From positions 1-33,815 of IMG/VR virus record IMGVR_UViG_3300025018_000364: 33,815 bases of DNA; one strand, written 5' to 3'. The notes below the pieces were generated by a model. That model had not been told where the DNA came from, searched no databases, and worked only from the letters and a program-made list of their open reading frames with translations. The translations under genes and the position numbers were made by a program. This document shows, piece after piece, positions 33,561 through 33,815 of the stretch. Position 1 is the stretch's first letter; the number at the start of each line of letters is the position of its first letter. Source of the DNA: a virus. Its lineage: Duplodnaviria; Caudoviricetes.

Positions 33561-33815
33561 ATGAGCGAAAAACAATTTGTTAATGGACTGTTCGTCTTCA
33601 AACCCCACGAGAAAGCACCTGATTTTGTCAAAGCAAACCTATCAATTAATCGTGATGAATTTGTGAACTGGTTGCAAGAGCAAGAACCTGACGAGAAGGG
33701 ACGGCTCAAGATCGACCTCAAAGAATCCAAGAAAGGGTCGTGGTATGCACATGTGAATGAATGGAAGCCAGACAGTCGCCCTGTTTATCAAGATCAGCCA
33801 CAAGCATTCACTCCA
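33561..33815 (+). CDS. 5' part of SSB-like protein (continues at the window start)
   Basis: ATG one base after the ERF stop; frame open to the end and continuous with 1-282. Confidence 0.75.
   Translation, partial: MSEKQFVNGLFVFKPHEKAPDFVKANLSINRDEFVNWLQEQEPDEKGRLKIDLKESKKGSWYAHVNEWKPDSRPVYQDQPQAFTP
33594..33815 (+). repeat. Terminal direct repeat, right copy
   Basis: 216 of 222 bases identical to 1-222. Confidence 0.97.

Larger units (their letters stand above)
1..33815. mobile_element. Complete or near-complete tailed phage genome, podovirus-like
   Basis: Terminal 222-bp overlap; terminase-portal-scaffold-capsid-adaptor-nozzle-ejection-lysis gene order; no tape-measure or sheath gene recognised; no host housekeeping genes. 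Confidence 0.93.

Overview
The window looks like a complete, circularly permuted dsDNA tailed-phage genome of about 33.6 kb. Bases 1-222 recur at 33594-33815 with 6 mismatches. Two arms diverge from overlapping promoters at about 32310-32345 and converge at about 8.2 kb. The + arm carries small early genes: an ERF-type annealing protein, an SSB-like protein split across the ends, HTH/HNH/Ead-like proteins, an Rnl2-type RNA ligase, a calcineurin-like phosphoesterase and an HExxH protein. The - arm carries RusA, a DNA methyltransferase, the terminase subunits, portal, scaffold, major capsid, podovirus-type adaptor/nozzle, fibres, two ejection proteins (one with an M23 domain), a papain-like (C1) putative lysin and holin-like proteins. 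I recognise no polymerase, helicase, primase, initiator or integrase. Most genes lack Shine-Dalgarno (SD) motifs, and a Patescibacteria (CPR) host is an inference only. The most striking region is 6630-8334, where about 620 nt of densely structured non-coding sequence contains a type I hammerhead-ribozyme fold with an unusual core. This leads into a four-gene, strongly SD-led operon (Zn-ribbon, mini-HNH, hydrophobic peptide, Zn-ribbon), and the whole region is bracketed by an inverted copy of a short hairpin motif. All calls come from reading the sequence by eye; no searches or folding programs were run.
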